Shown here: positions 9,007-19,377 of the stretch, one piece after another
How positions within the stretch are numbered: the first letter of the stretch is position 1
Layout: every line of letters starts with the position of its first letter
Assembly: GCA_017508425.1 (NCBI GenBank)
Contig: JAFVYZ010000021.1
Coordinates: 68,749-132,748, forward strand
Direction of reading: 5' to 3'
Source of the DNA: Clostridia bacterium
GTDB lineage: Bacteria; Bacillota; Clostridia; Oscillospirales; CAG-272
DNA length: 64,000 bases
Program-made: the position numbers and the translations under genes
Notes under the pieces: model-generated
What the model saw: the letters and a program-made list of their open reading frames with translations, nothing else
What the model was told of the DNA's origin: nothing
Database searches by the model: none

Positions 9007-9073
9007 CGTGGGTTAGATGATTTCTCCGCTAGGAGCATCACACATTGGGAATGCGCTTTTGATTTATACTATT

Positions 9074-10627
9074 TTACGCCTCGTCCGCTTCGGGCGAGAG
9101 TGCGGCGTCAAAGATGTCGGTAACGGCCTTGTCGGGCGCCTTGGTCAGGAGCGACACAGCCACGGCGATCGCGGCACCTGCAATGAAGCCGGGCACGATC
9201 TCGTAAACGCCGGTCACGGCGATCGGGTTCTTGATGATGGTGTTGGTAAAGAGCACGAGCCAAAGGATATCCACCACGGCACCGCCGATGATGCCGGCCA
9301 CCGCGCCCTTATAGTTGAGACGACGCCAGAACAGCGACAAAATCACCACAGGGCCGAACGCCGAGCCAAACAGACCCCACGCGTTTTCAACCATGGCCAT
9401 GATGTTGCTCGCCCAAGCGCTGTTGTCGCCAAGACCCGAGGCGGCAATGAGAAACGCCACCACGGCAACGGCAAGCACCACCAGGCGGCTGGCCCAGGTC
9501 ACCTCATTGTCGCTGGCCTTGCCGCGACGGATCAAGGGCTTGTAAAGGTCGGATGCAAAGGAGGAGGAGGCGACCAGCAGCTGGCTGTCGGCCGTGGACA
9601 TCGAGGCGGCAATGATCGCGGCAAGCAGAAGCCCCGCGATAAAGCCGGGGAACAGGCGCTGAACGATCTCAATAAAGATGTTCTGCTGATTGCCCGAGGG
9701 CAGGAGCATCGCGGCAAGCGAGCTGCCGTCGGCAAACACGTAGGTGCGGCCAAGGAACGCGATGAAAATTGCGGCACCAAGGGTGATGACGACCCAGGAA
9801 ATCGCCACCGTGGCGGATTTCTTGATCATCGAGGCCTTCTTGATCGACATAAAGCGCACGAGAATGTGAGGCATACCGAAGTAACCGAGACCCCAACCAA
9901 GGCCCGATACGATATCCTGCCAGGAGGCGGCAAAGGGATTGGCGTTAAACGCCGTCACACCCTCGGCAAAAACGCTCGCATACTGGCTGTCGTGCAGGCC
10001 TGCGGCCATCACGATCGGCACGATGAGGAGCGCCACCAGCATGAGAAGCCCCTGGAAGAAGTCGGTCCAGCATACGGCCTTGAAGCCACCGAGGAAGGTA
10101 TAGGCCAAAACGATGAGCGCGAAGATCGCCATCGCCAGCATCTCACGGCCAAGGAAGAGCTTCGGGAGCACCGCCACGAACACCTTGGTGCCGGCGTTGA
10201 AGGCCGAGGCCACGTACACGGTAAAGCTGATAAGGAAAATAATCGCGCAGGTCACCTTGAGCACGGGGTTGGCCGTGGCAAAGCGGTTGGTGAGGTACTG
10301 GGGCAGGGTGATCGAGTCGTCCGCGGCCTTCGAGAAGTTGCGCAGGCGCTTGGCCACGATCAGCCAGTTTGCGGCAGTGCCGATCGCAAGACCGATGCCG
10401 ATCCACACCTTGCCCATACCAAAGGCAAGAATGCTACCGGGGAAGCCCATGAGGAGCCAGCCCGACATATCCGAGGCCTGGGCGCTCATGGCGGTGACCC
10501 AAGGGCCCATCTGACGGCCGCCGAGGAAATAATCCGCGTCGCTCTTGCTGCGATCACGCAGGAAGAAGTAGATGCCGATGCCGAGCATCAGCGCGAAATA
10601 AACGATAAATGCTGAAAACTGTACCAT
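9074..10627 (-). CDS. putP: sodium:proline symporter (SSS family)
   Basis: 517 aa and multi-TM. 'YFLGGRQMGPWVTAMSAQASDMSGWLLMGFPG' is typical of PutP. Confidence 0.85.
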   Translation of the reverse strand: MVQFSAFIVYFALMLGIGIYFFLRDRSKSDADYFLGGRQMGPWVTAMSAQASDMSGWLLMGFPGSILAFGMGKVWIGIGLAIGTAANWLIVAKRLRNFSKAADDSITLPQYLTNRFATANPVLKVTCAIIFLISFTVYVASAFNAGTKVFVAVLPKLFLGREMLAMAIFALIVLAYTFLGGFKAVCWTDFFQGLLMLVALLIVPIVMAAGLHDSQYASVFAEGVTAFNANPFAASWQDIVSGLGWGLGYFGMPHILVRFMSIKKASMIKKSATVAISWVVITLGAAIFIAFLGRTYVFADGSSLAAMLLPSGNQQNIFIEIVQRLFPGFIAGLLLAAIIAASMSTADSQLLVASSSFASDLYKPLIRRGKASDNEVTWASRLVVLAVAVVAFLIAASGLGDNSAWASNIMAMVENAWGLFGSAFGPVVILSLFWRRLNYKGAVAGIIGGAVVDILWLVLFTNTIIKNPIAVTGVYEIVPGFIAGAAIAVAVSLLTKAPDKAVTDIFDAALSPEADEA

Positions 10628-10811
10628 AACAAAGTCCTTTCCTATTTATAATACCCTCCTATTGTATCACAACTTTTTCAGAAATGCAATAGAGAACGGC
10701 GTATAGACTAAATTCTATACGCCGTTTGGATATTTTGTTTTAAAACCGTTGAAAATAAAGGATTTTTAAATAGACGATTTCAAAAACAAAATCATATACA
10801 AAAATAAAACT

Positions 10812-11396
10812 TTATTTTTCGAAGGAGCGCACCAGCAAGGGCAGGGTCTTCGCGCCCCAATCCGCCAGCGAATAATCGCCCCCACGCAGGCACCAGTCGT
10901 AGAGCAGCCCGCGCTCGGTCATTGCGTACAGGCGCACGATCTCATCGGCCGAAAGACCCCCCGTGATCTCGCCGCGCTCCTGCCCCTCGCCTACGATGCG
11001 GCGCAAAAGCTTAAAGTACACGCGGTTGCGGTCAAGCAGCTGCTTGCCACCCGAGACCGTCAGCTGGGTCGAGAGCAGGCGCGAGAGGAGTGAAATGTCG
11101 ATGCGGTTCTCGATCATCGAAAAGAGCTCGCGGTTGAGATAAAGCAAGGCCTCGGGCGCGCTCCTGTCGCCAAAGCCGCGCGCGGCCAGCTCCTCGTATT
11201 TTTCATCAAAGAGATACGCGAGCGACCCCAAAAGGTCGTCCTTGCTGCCGAAATAGTGATAAAACGAGCCCTTGGAGGTGGCGGAAAGCGCAATGATCTC
11301 CTCCACGGTCGTATTCTCAAAGCCCTGCTCGTAAAAAAGCTTCCAAGCGGCATCCACGATGCGGCTTTTGGTGTTTGTGATACTCTTTCTTGCCAT
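10812..11396 (-). CDS. TetR/AcrR family transcriptional regulator
   Basis: 194 aa with the N-terminal HTH 'FENTTVEEIIALSATSKGSFYHYF'. Confidence 0.85.
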   Translation of the reverse strand: MARKSITNTKSRIVDAAWKLFYEQGFENTTVEEIIALSATSKGSFYHYFGSKDDLLGSLAYLFDEKYEELAARGFGDRSAPEALLYLNRELFSMIENRIDISLLSRLLSTQLTVSGGKQLLDRNRVYFKLLRRIVGEGQERGEITGGLSADEIVRLYAMTERGLLYDWCLRGGDYSLADWGAKTLPLLVRSFEK

Positions 11397-11399
11397 GGC

Positions 11400-12884
11400 T
11401 TATCGGTGATAGAGCTTTTTGGTCTGGTAGGCGGGCTCACAGGTCATCTCAATGCCCAGCTTTTTGAGCACGCTCTCATCCACCTGTGACAGGATCACAG
11501 TCGAGTGCGCGTCACAATGGCGCAGATCCTCAAGGCGGTCAAGCGCTGCTTTGGCAGCTTCATCGTGCACCGCGCAGATCGACAGGGCAATGAGCACCTC
11601 GTCCATGTGCAAACGGGGGTTCTGATTTCCAAATTTTTCAAGCTTCAAGGCCGACACGGGTGCTAAAATCTCGGGGGAAATGAGCTTAGCCTCCTTGGGG
11701 ATCCCGGCCATGGCCTTGAGAGCATTGAGGAGCATCGCCGACGCGGCACCGAGGATCTTTGAGGTCTTACCCGTCACAACACGCCCATCACGCAGCTGCA
11801 ATGCCGCCGCCGGCTCTCCCGTTTCCTGTGCGCGCGCCAACGCCGCGCCGATCGCAGGGCGTGCCGACTCGTCAAGGTCGATCGAGCGCATCAGCATACG
11901 GATCTTAGAAACGTCGGTGCCGTCGCTCTCGCCCTTGCGCTGGGCGCAAAGCGCGCGGTAATAACGGCGCAGGATCTCATCGCGTGCGCCCTCGGTCACG
12001 GCATCGTTATCCACGATGCAATAGCCTGCCATGTTGACACCCATATCGGTGGGAGATTTGTAGGGGCAGCTGCCGTAAATATGCTCCAGCATCGCCTTGA
12101 CCACGGGGAAAATTTCCACGTCGCGGTTGTAGTTGACCGCCGTCTCACCGTAAGCCTCGAGGTGGAAGGGGTCGATCATGTTCAGGTCGTTGAGGTCGGC
12201 CGTGGCCGCCTCGTACGCGAGATTTACAGGGTGCTTGAGCCCCAGGTTCCACACAGGGAAGGTCTCGAACTTCGCATAGCCCGAGCGCACGCCACGCTTA
12301 TGATCGTGGTAAAGCTGCGAAAGGCACGTGGCCATTTTGCCCGAGCCGGGGCCGGGGGCCGTTACCACCACGAGCGAGCGCGTGGTTTCAATGTATTGGT
12401 TGATGCCGTAGCCCTCGTCGCTGACGATCTTCTCCACGTCAGAGGGATAGCCGGGGATCGAATAATGCTGATATACGCGCAGTCCCAACGCTTCAAGACG
12501 CTTGGCAAAGGCGGCCGCAGCCGGTTGCCCCGCATAGCGTGTGAGGACCACACTGCCAACGTAAAGACCAATGTCGCGGAAGGCGTCAATAAGGCGCAGT
12601 GTATCCTGATCGTAGGTGATGCCAAGATCGCCGCGCACCTTGTTCTTTTCAATATCGGCGGCGCTGAGCACGATCACGATCTCGGCTTCACTTGCCAAAG
12701 CCGAAAGCATACGCACCTTACTGTCGGGCCGGAAGCCGGGCAGTACGCGCGAGGCGTGATAATCATCAAAAAGCTTGCCGCCAAACTCAAGATAAAGCTT
12801 GCCGCCAAACTGTGCGATGCGCTCGCGAATATGCGCCGATTGACGGCGGATATATTCTTCGTTGTCAAATCCGATGCGAAACAT
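11400..12884 (-). CDS. DUF1846 (UPF0371) family protein
   Basis: Start moved to ATG 12884, which has a GGAGG RBS. 'MFRIGFDNEEYIRRQ...LYLEFGGKLFDDYHASRVLPGF' matches the family as I remember it. The upstream 101 codons of the ORF are Arg/Gly-rich junk. Confidence 0.8.
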   Translation of the reverse strand: MFRIGFDNEEYIRRQSAHIRERIAQFGGKLYLEFGGKLFDDYHASRVLPGFRPDSKVRMLSALASEAEIVIVLSAADIEKNKVRGDLGITYDQDTLRLIDAFRDIGLYVGSVVLTRYAGQPAAAAFAKRLEALGLRVYQHYSIPGYPSDVEKIVSDEGYGINQYIETTRSLVVVTAPGPGSGKMATCLSQLYHDHKRGVRSGYAKFETFPVWNLGLKHPVNLAYEAATADLNDLNMIDPFHLEAYGETAVNYNRDVEIFPVVKAMLEHIYGSCPYKSPTDMGVNMAGYCIVDNDAVTEGARDEILRRYYRALCAQRKGESDGTDVSKIRMLMRSIDLDESARPAIGAALARAQETGEPAAALQLRDGRVVTGKTSKILGAASAMLLNALKAMAGIPKEAKLISPEILAPVSALKLEKFGNQNPRLHMDEVLIALSICAVHDEAAKAALDRLEDLRHCDAHSTVILSQVDESVLKKLGIEMTCEPAYQTKKLYHR

Positions 12885-12967
12885 GGTACCTCCCCATTCC
12901 AAACCTATGGTTTGGAAATAATATACATCCAGTATAGCATATCCGACTCCTCGGTGCAAGTGTTTTT

Positions 12968-13834
12968 TTATTTTTCCATAAAATCCACACCCCGAGCGGC
13001 CCTTCGGCGCACGTTTTTGCAAAACCGTGTGCGGTGCGGATAGCCGCTGATGCCGAAAAGGCCGCGTGGCGCGATGACCGCACCGTTCGGCACCTCCCCT
13101 GCCGCCGCAAGCACGGCGGTGAGTGCCGCCTTTTCGGGGCTGTGCGTAAATAAGTACAAAAACGCGTGACCAAACCGCGAAAACCAAGGCTTGTGCGTTG
13201 TTTTTTCGGGCGAAAGCAGGGCGGTTGCGGTAATGCCGGGGTGCGTGGCAATAAACGAGGGCTCCGTCGCCGTACGCCCCTCGGCGCGCGCCAGCACGTA
13301 GGCGGAAAGCAGGTATTTGCTCCTGGCATAGGCGGCATATCCCTCCCCGTTCGGGGTCTTATCCCTGCCGAAGCGATCCACCAGGCTGGTGGTGAAGATC
13401 ATACGGCCGCGCTCCCCCAGCAAATGCTCCACCGCACGGGCAAGGCGCACGGTGCCGTACGCGTTCACACCCTCGGTCATAGGCAAGCCGTCCACCGTGT
13501 GAGTGCCGCGCGGATAATACACCCCCGCACAGTGCAGGAAAACCTCGATTTTCGCATACCGTTTCCCAAGATCCTCGGCAAACGCATCGATCGAGGAAAA
13601 ATCGGCAAGATCCAGGTGCATCACCTCGATCTCGACGGCGTCAAATTCCGCCGACAGCCGTCCGCGCGCGGCCTCGGCACGCGCCTCACTTCGACAGGCA
13701 AGGATCACCTTGGCACCGAGATGCAAAAGCCCCCGTGCCGCGCAAAAGCCGATGCCGCTGTTGCCGCCCGTCACGACCGCCACCTGTCCCTTCAGCGAAG
13801 CGGTGTGATCGCGATACCATTTTTCGTAACGCAT
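12968..13834 (-). CDS. SDR family oxidoreductase
   Basis: 'VAVVTGGNSGIG' (TGxxxGxG) and the catalytic 'YARSK' (YxxxK). Start at ATG 13834 with an AAAGGAG RBS. Confidence 0.8.
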   Translation of the reverse strand: MRYEKWYRDHTASLKGQVAVVTGGNSGIGFCAARGLLHLGAKVILACRSEARAEAARGRLSAEFDAVEIEVMHLDLADFSSIDAFAEDLGKRYAKIEVFLHCAGVYYPRGTHTVDGLPMTEGVNAYGTVRLARAVEHLLGERGRMIFTTSLVDRFGRDKTPNGEGYAAYARSKYLLSAYVLARAEGRTATEPSFIATHPGITATALLSPEKTTHKPWFSRFGHAFLYLFTHSPEKAALTAVLAAAGEVPNGAVIAPRGLFGISGYPHRTRFCKNVRRRAARGVDFMEK

Positions 13835-13872
13835 AACGCTCCTTTCGCATAGTTTCCCATGCACTTCCATAT

Positions 13873-15087
13873 TTATATACTGATATTACTTTTTTCACCC
13901 CGTTGTCGGGCTTTTCTCTCCCAAAGCAGCTCGATGACCGAAAAAGCGATGATGCCGCCGACAAGCGCGATCAGCCCGTTATCCTGCAAGGGCTTTGGCA
14001 GGTACAGAAAAAAGGGCGTGGACACGAGAAAGAACCACACGGCATTTCGGCGCGAAAGCGATTCCGTTTTAAAAAACAAGACCAACGCCGGCAAAAACAA
14101 AAGCCAGTTATAGGCCGAAAAGATCGAGGGAATGCAAAGCAAAAAGGCGGCAAGATGCGCAAAGCTTTTATAGATCTCCCCACCCCAAAGAGCGCGGTAC
14201 AAAAAGATCAAAAACAGCAACAACAGGCCGAAAATCAAGAATAAGACCACAGCAAGAGGCGAAAGTCCCCACGCGCCGAGCCGACCCGTGACGCCCCCGG
14301 CCGCCACCGAGGAATAATGAAGCGTATTTAAAACCAGCCACTTGATGCAGTAAAGAGGGCCGCCAAAGAAAAACGAGGGCACCAAAAAAAGCACAAAAGC
14401 ATAAAGGAGCAACCGCCCCACCTCGCGCCATCTTCGCGCTCGGATCAGGGGCAAGCAAAAAAGCAAGGGATATATTTTAAGGGCCGTCGCCGCGCCGAGT
14501 GCCCAAAGCCCCGACTCACGCACCGTGGCATCCTGCGCATCCAAGCCGCAAGCGAACCAAAGCAAAAGCAACAGGGACAGCAGCGCGAGATTGCCGCGCT
14601 CCAGCAAAAAGATCATCGGGAACGAGAGGGTCGCGGCAATGGCGAAAAGCACCCCGTCCCTGCCCTTTACCGCGTTTGCCAAAAGGAGCGCCTGCGCCAC
14701 CAAGCAAAGCGTGAAAAAAATCAAGAAGGGGAGCAGGTGTGCCGAGCCTTCGCCCTGCCCTTCCCCGAGCACACGCGAAAAAAGCCAAAAGATCGCGTTG
14801 GCAAGCGGAGGATAGATCACGCGCCGCTCGCTGTACACGGCAGGACCGGCGGCGGCATCACGCACCGAGCTGAAAAAATCAAAAAAAGGGTCGCTTGCCC
14901 CTCGGTGAAAGATCGAAAAAAAGGCACGCTCCCCCAAAAAGACCGAGCAAGCCGAAAAAACAAAAAACCCCAAAAAGGTCAAAAGCGTAAAGCAGCGCAC
15001 AGCGCCAAGGCGAGGGTCCGAGCCAAGCTTGCGCGCAAAATTCCAAAAAATGCGCGAAAAACCGCCACCGTTTTCTTGTTTTCTCAT
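13873..15087 (-). CDS. polytopic membrane protein (GT87/DUF2029-like, tentative)
   Basis: 404 aa with many hydrophobic segments. The family guess is weak. Confidence 0.5.
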   Translation of the reverse strand: MRKQENGGGFSRIFWNFARKLGSDPRLGAVRCFTLLTFLGFFVFSACSVFLGERAFFSIFHRGASDPFFDFFSSVRDAAAGPAVYSERRVIYPPLANAIFWLFSRVLGEGQGEGSAHLLPFLIFFTLCLVAQALLLANAVKGRDGVLFAIAATLSFPMIFLLERGNLALLSLLLLLWFACGLDAQDATVRESGLWALGAATALKIYPLLFCLPLIRARRWREVGRLLLYAFVLFLVPSFFFGGPLYCIKWLVLNTLHYSSVAAGGVTGRLGAWGLSPLAVVLFLIFGLLLLFLIFLYRALWGGEIYKSFAHLAAFLLCIPSIFSAYNWLLFLPALVLFFKTESLSRRNAVWFFLVSTPFFLYLPKPLQDNGLIALVGGIIAFSVIELLWERKARQRGEKSNISI

Positions 15088-15219
15088 CCTTTGCCATCCT
15101 TTCTTTTACCGTTGTACCCAAGGAAAGTATTTGACAAAAGCGATGATTTTATGTTTTGATTATACCACAAGGCAAAGCCCGCGTCAAGCAAGGGGGACGT
15201 ACAATCTTTGCGCGTTTTC

Positions 15220-15248
15220 TTGACACACGCGCGGAAATGAATTATAAT
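15220..15248 (+). promoter_or_regulatory. sigma-A-type promoter
   Basis: TTGACA (15220-15225), 17 nt spacer, TATAAT (15243-15248), upstream of the U32 gene. Confidence 0.65.
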
Positions 15249-15280
15249 AAAGATATTACATAAAGTAAAGGAAAAAACAA

Positions 15281-16534
15281 ATGGCCGTTGAATTGCTCTC
15301 CCCTGCGGGAAATATGGAAAAACTGCGCGCGGCACTGCGCTTCGGCGCCGATGCGGTCTATCTTGCCGGTAAAAATTTCGGTATGCGCTCGGCCGCCGAC
15401 AATTTCACCGATGAGGAGCTGTCCGAGGCCGTGGCCCTCGCTCACGTCTTGGGCAAAAAAATCTATCTTACCGTCAATACCATGCCCCACGGGGACGAAT
15501 ATGCGCAGCTGCGCGCGTATCTTTCGGGGCTTCGCGGCGTCGGCATCGATGCCATCATTCTCACCGACCTCGGGGTACTCGCCACCGTGCGCGAGCTCCT
15601 GCCCGAGATGGAGATCCACATTTCAACGCAATCCAGCATCGTCAGCCCCGAGGCGGCCAAGGCCTGGGCGGCGCTCGGCGCCAAGCGGCTGGTCCTTGCG
15701 CGCGAGCTCTCGCTTTCGGAGGTGCGCGCCATCCGAGAGGCCCTGCCCCCTGACGTGGAGCTGGAGGCCTTCATCCACGGCTCGATGTGTGTATCCTACA
15801 GCGGACGCTGTATGCTCTCCAACCACTTTACCGGACGCGACGCCAATCGCGGTGCCTGCACCCAGCCCTGCCGTTGGAACTACACCATCGTGGAGGAAAA
15901 GCGCCCCGATGAGCGGTTGCCCGTGATCGAAAACGAAAACGGCACCTTCATTATGTCCTCCAAGGATATGTGTATGCTTCGCCACGTGCCCGAGCTGATC
16001 GAGGCCGGGGTCACCTCCTTTAAAATCGAAGGACGTATGAAGAGCGCCTACTACACCGCGGTCATCACCAACGCCTACCGTATGGCGATCGATGCCTATC
16101 AAAGGGATCCTGACGGGTACGCTTTTGATGAAAAATGGTACCGTGAGGTCGAAAGCGTTTCGCACCGCGAATACTGTACGGGCTACTGGTTTGACGATCC
16201 GCGCGAAAATCCCCAGCTCTGCCGTGAGGCCGGCTACATCCGCGAGAAGGCTTACTTTGCCGCCGCGACCGAGCAGGACGCATTGCCCGAGGGACTGGTG
16301 CGTCAAAATGACGAGGGCACGCTTTGCCGCTTCCGTCAACGCAACAAGGTGTCACTCGGGGACCGCGCCGAGCTGCTCACCCCCGGCAAGGTGGGCATCC
16401 CCTCGGTCATTACCGAGCTGTACGATGAAGAGGGTGCACCGATCGAGAGTGCACCGCATCCGCTGATGATCTTTTATACCCGCTTGCCACACGCCGCCGC
16501 CGAGGGCGACATCCTGCGCGCGGGAGATGCTTAA
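15281..16534 (+). CDS. peptidase U32 family protein
   Basis: The U32 signature 'EAFIHGSMCVSYSGRCMLS' is present. Confidence 0.85.
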   Translation: MAVELLSPAGNMEKLRAALRFGADAVYLAGKNFGMRSAADNFTDEELSEAVALAHVLGKKIYLTVNTMPHGDEYAQLRAYLSGLRGVGIDAIILTDLGVLATVRELLPEMEIHISTQSSIVSPEAAKAWAALGAKRLVLARELSLSEVRAIREALPPDVELEAFIHGSMCVSYSGRCMLSNHFTGRDANRGACTQPCRWNYTIVEEKRPDERLPVIENENGTFIMSSKDMCMLRHVPELIEAGVTSFKIEGRMKSAYYTAVITNAYRMAIDAYQRDPDGYAFDEKWYREVESVSHREYCTGYWFDDPRENPQLCREAGYIREKAYFAAATEQDALPEGLVRQNDEGTLCRFRQRNKVSLGDRAELLTPGKVGIPSVITELYDEEGAPIESAPHPLMIFYTRLPHAAAEGDILRAGDA

Positions 16535-16546
16535 AGGAGTGAGTGT

Positions 16547-17812
16547 ATGAGAAACGAGCCTTTAGCCGACATCCTGCGTCCCGACAGCTTTGATACCGTT
16601 GTCGGGCAGGAGCACCTGTTCGGCAAGCACGGTGTGGTGCGCCGTATGGTGGAAAGCGGCCGCATCACCAATATGATCTTTTACGGCCCTCCCGGCACGG
16701 GAAAAACGACCGCCGCCGCGATCATTGCGGCAAGGTCGGGGATGCTCTTCCGCCGATTCAACTGCACCTCGGCCTCACTTGCCGAGGTCAAGGAGGCCCT
16801 GTGCGAGACCGACAACGTCTTTGGTGCGGGCGGGATCCTGCTTTACCTCGACGAGATCCAATACTTCAACCGCAAGCAGCAGCAAGCCCTGCTGGAATAT
16901 ATGGAGGACGGACGCGTTACGCTCATCGCATCCACGACCGAAAATCCGCATTTTTACATCTACAACGCGATCATCTCGCGTTCATCACTCTTTGAATTCA
17001 AGCCCGTTTCGGCCGCAGCAATGGTGCCCGCGCTCGCGCGCGCACTCGATAAGCTCAACGCCGACAACGGCACCAAGATCGAAGCCGATGAGGAAACGCT
17101 CCGCTTTATCGCCGCCGGGGTCAAGGGCGACGTGCGTCGCGGCATCGGACTGCTTGAAAACGGTTATTTTGCCGCAAACGCCGGGGACGGGTCGGAAAAA
17201 TCCGACAAAATGACCCTGACCAAGGAGCACATCGAAAGCTTCCACGCAGGGATCCTAAACTACAACGAGGACACGCATTACGATCTGCTCTCGTGCCTGC
17301 AAAAATCGATCCGCGGCTCCGACCCCGACGCCACTGCCTTTTACGTGGCAAAGATCCTTGCCACGGGTGACATCATTTCGCTTTGCCGCCGCCTGCAGGT
17401 CATCGCCTCCGAGGACGTGGGACTCGCCTACCCCCAAGCGGCCGCCGTGGTGCGCGCCTGCTGTGAAAGTGCCAAGGAATTGGGTCTGCCCGAGGCCGGC
17501 ATCCCCCTCATCAATGCGGCGATCCTTTTGGCCACCGCCCCCAAATCCAATTCCGCGTATTTGGCGCTCGCCGCCGCACGCGAGGATGTAGAAAAGGGCC
17601 TTGGCACCACCGTGCCAAGGCACCTGCAATCTCCCCTTTTTAAGGGATACCGCTATCCGCACGATTACACGTATCACTACGTGAAGCAGCAGTACCTGCC
17701 CGATGATCTTCGCGGTAAAAAGTACTACACGTTCGGTGATAATAAGACCGAGCAGGCCGCCGCAGCCCACGCCGCCACCATACGGCGCGAGGGCGGAAAA
17801 AGCAAAGATTGA
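16547..17812 (+). CDS. rarA: replication-associated recombination protein A (MgsA/RarA AAA+ ATPase)
   Basis: Walker A 'GPPGTGKTT', 'LYLDEIQYFNRKQQ', and a MgsA C-terminal domain. Confidence 0.9.
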   Translation: MRNEPLADILRPDSFDTVVGQEHLFGKHGVVRRMVESGRITNMIFYGPPGTGKTTAAAIIAARSGMLFRRFNCTSASLAEVKEALCETDNVFGAGGILLYLDEIQYFNRKQQQALLEYMEDGRVTLIASTTENPHFYIYNAIISRSSLFEFKPVSAAAMVPALARALDKLNADNGTKIEADEETLRFIAAGVKGDVRRGIGLLENGYFAANAGDGSEKSDKMTLTKEHIESFHAGILNYNEDTHYDLLSCLQKSIRGSDPDATAFYVAKILATGDIISLCRRLQVIASEDVGLAYPQAAAVVRACCESAKELGLPEAGIPLINAAILLATAPKSNSAYLALAAAREDVEKGLGTTVPRHLQSPLFKGYRYPHDYTYHYVKQQYLPDDLRGKKYYTFGDNKTEQAAAAHAATIRREGGKSKD

Positions 17813-17928
17813 TCGCACGATCCATCCTTCCCGCAGGGGCGCTTCGCAAAGCACCCACCGCACATTCCCTTCTCACATCGTATAAAGCAACGGACGTTTC
17901 ACCTACATAACGAAAGGAGCAAGCGTCT

Positions 17929-18747
17929 ATGCTTTACACGATCTTACTCGCCCTTTGCTTCGGCATCCTTGAGGGGATCACCGAATGGCTCCCCATTTCC
18001 TCGACCGGCCACATCATTTTACTGCGCCATTTTTTGCCCATCACGCTGAACGACGCCTTTTTCGAGCTCTTTGAGGTCGTGATACAGCTGGGCGCGATGT
18101 GCGCCGTGATCCTCTTGTTTTTTGATACGTTATGGCCCTTTTTAAGAAAGAAAAGTGCCGAGGATCGCCGCGCGACCCTTGCCCTTTGGGGTAAGATCCT
18201 GCTGGCCACCCTCCCTGCCGCCCTCTTGGGGCTGCTGTTGGACGACGTCATCGACAAGACCCTCTTTAACCCCCAAACCGTCACGATCACGCTGATTTTT
18301 TACGGCGTGCTGTTTCTCCTCGTCGAGCGGCGCAAAAGGATCCCCCGCATCACCGACATTGCCGATATTACGCCGCTTGATGCGATCAAGGTTGGGCTTT
18401 TTCAGGTACTCGCGCTCATCCCCGGCACGTCACGGTCGGGTGCCACCATCCTCGGCGGGCTTCTTATTGGAGTTTCACGCCCCGTTTCGGCACTTTTCTC
18501 CTTTTTTCTCGGATTCCCCACCATGCTGGGGGCCGGCGCACTCAAGGTGCTTAAGTTTTGCCTGTCGGGGGAAACGCTGACCGGGAGCGAATGGCTGATT
18601 CTTGCCGTCGGCACCACGTCGGCCTTTGCGGTGTCGCTGGTCGCCCTTCGTTTTTTGACCGATTTCGTGCGCCGCCACACCTTTTCGGCCTTTGGCCTGT
18701 ATCGGATCCTTCTCGGTGTTGCCGTGCTCCTGACTTTTTTGCTTTGA
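17929..18747 (+). CDS. uppP: undecaprenyl-diphosphate phosphatase
   Basis: 'GITEWLPISSTGH' and 'PGTSRSG' BacA motifs. Multi-TM. Confidence 0.9.
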   Translation: MLYTILLALCFGILEGITEWLPISSTGHIILLRHFLPITLNDAFFELFEVVIQLGAMCAVILLFFDTLWPFLRKKSAEDRRATLALWGKILLATLPAALLGLLLDDVIDKTLFNPQTVTITLIFYGVLFLLVERRKRIPRITDIADITPLDAIKVGLFQVLALIPGTSRSGATILGGLLIGVSRPVSALFSFFLGFPTMLGAGALKVLKFCLSGETLTGSEWLILAVGTTSAFAVSLVALRFLTDFVRRHTFSAFGLYRILLGVAVLLTFLL

Positions 18748-18755
18748 GGTTTTGT

Positions 18756-19340
18756 ATGGAAAAATTAAAGATCCCCTACCCCGTTGTGGTAGAGGGAAAA
18801 TACGATCGCCTGCGGCTCCTTTGTGTGATGGAGGGGCAGATCCTGACCACAGACGGCTTTGGTATTTTTAAGAAAAAGGAACGGCTGGCGCTTTTGCGCG
18901 CCTTGGCCGCCAAGACCCCCATCGTGGTCCTCACCGACCCCGACGGAGCCGGCAAGCTCATCCGCTCCCACATCGGCTCGGCCATTCCCGCCGACCGCAT
19001 TATCCCCTTATACGTGCCCCAAACGACCGGTGTGGAAAAGCGGAAATCCGCCCCCTCGGCCGAAGGATTTCTCGGCGTGGAGGGGCAGGAACAAGCCCTC
19101 CTGTACGAGCTCCTGTCCCCCTTTGCCGACGGCGCCGCACCGCGCGCGGAAAATCCCCTTTCCAAGGTCGATTTTTTCGAGGACCGACTCACGGGCTGTG
19201 AGGGGGCAAGCGAACGCCGTGCCGCCCTGGCCCTCGCCTTTGGGCTCCCCTCGGATATGACCCCCAACGCCCTGCTCGCGGCACTTCGCGTGGTCGCCAC
19301 CTTTGAAGAATACAAGGCCGCCGTTTCAAAGATCAATTAA
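18756..19340 (+). CDS. Toprim-domain protein (RNase M5-like / DUF4093-like)
   Basis: Start at ATG 18756. 'VVVEGKYD' and 'VVLTDPDGAG' are the Toprim Glu and DxD motifs. Confidence 0.65.
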   Translation: MEKLKIPYPVVVEGKYDRLRLLCVMEGQILTTDGFGIFKKKERLALLRALAAKTPIVVLTDPDGAGKLIRSHIGSAIPADRIIPLYVPQTTGVEKRKSAPSAEGFLGVEGQEQALLYELLSPFADGAAPRAENPLSKVDFFEDRLTGCEGASERRAALALAFGLPSDMTPNALLAALRVVATFEEYKAAVSKIN

Positions 19341-19367
19341 AAAAGCACCCCATTGGGGTGCTTTTTT
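19339..19367. terminator. bidirectional rho-independent terminator
   Basis: A-run, stem gcacccc/ggggtgc, then T-run, between convergent genes. Confidence 0.8.
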
Positions 19368-19377
19368 ATATATTCGC

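Noticed and set aside
12885-13187. 101-codon N-terminal extension of the DUF1846 ORF
   Set aside because: The sequence is Arg/Gly-rich junk overlapping the 3' end of the SDR gene. The family-typical N-terminus 'MFRIGFDNEEY' starts at ATG 12884 with a GGAGG RBS.
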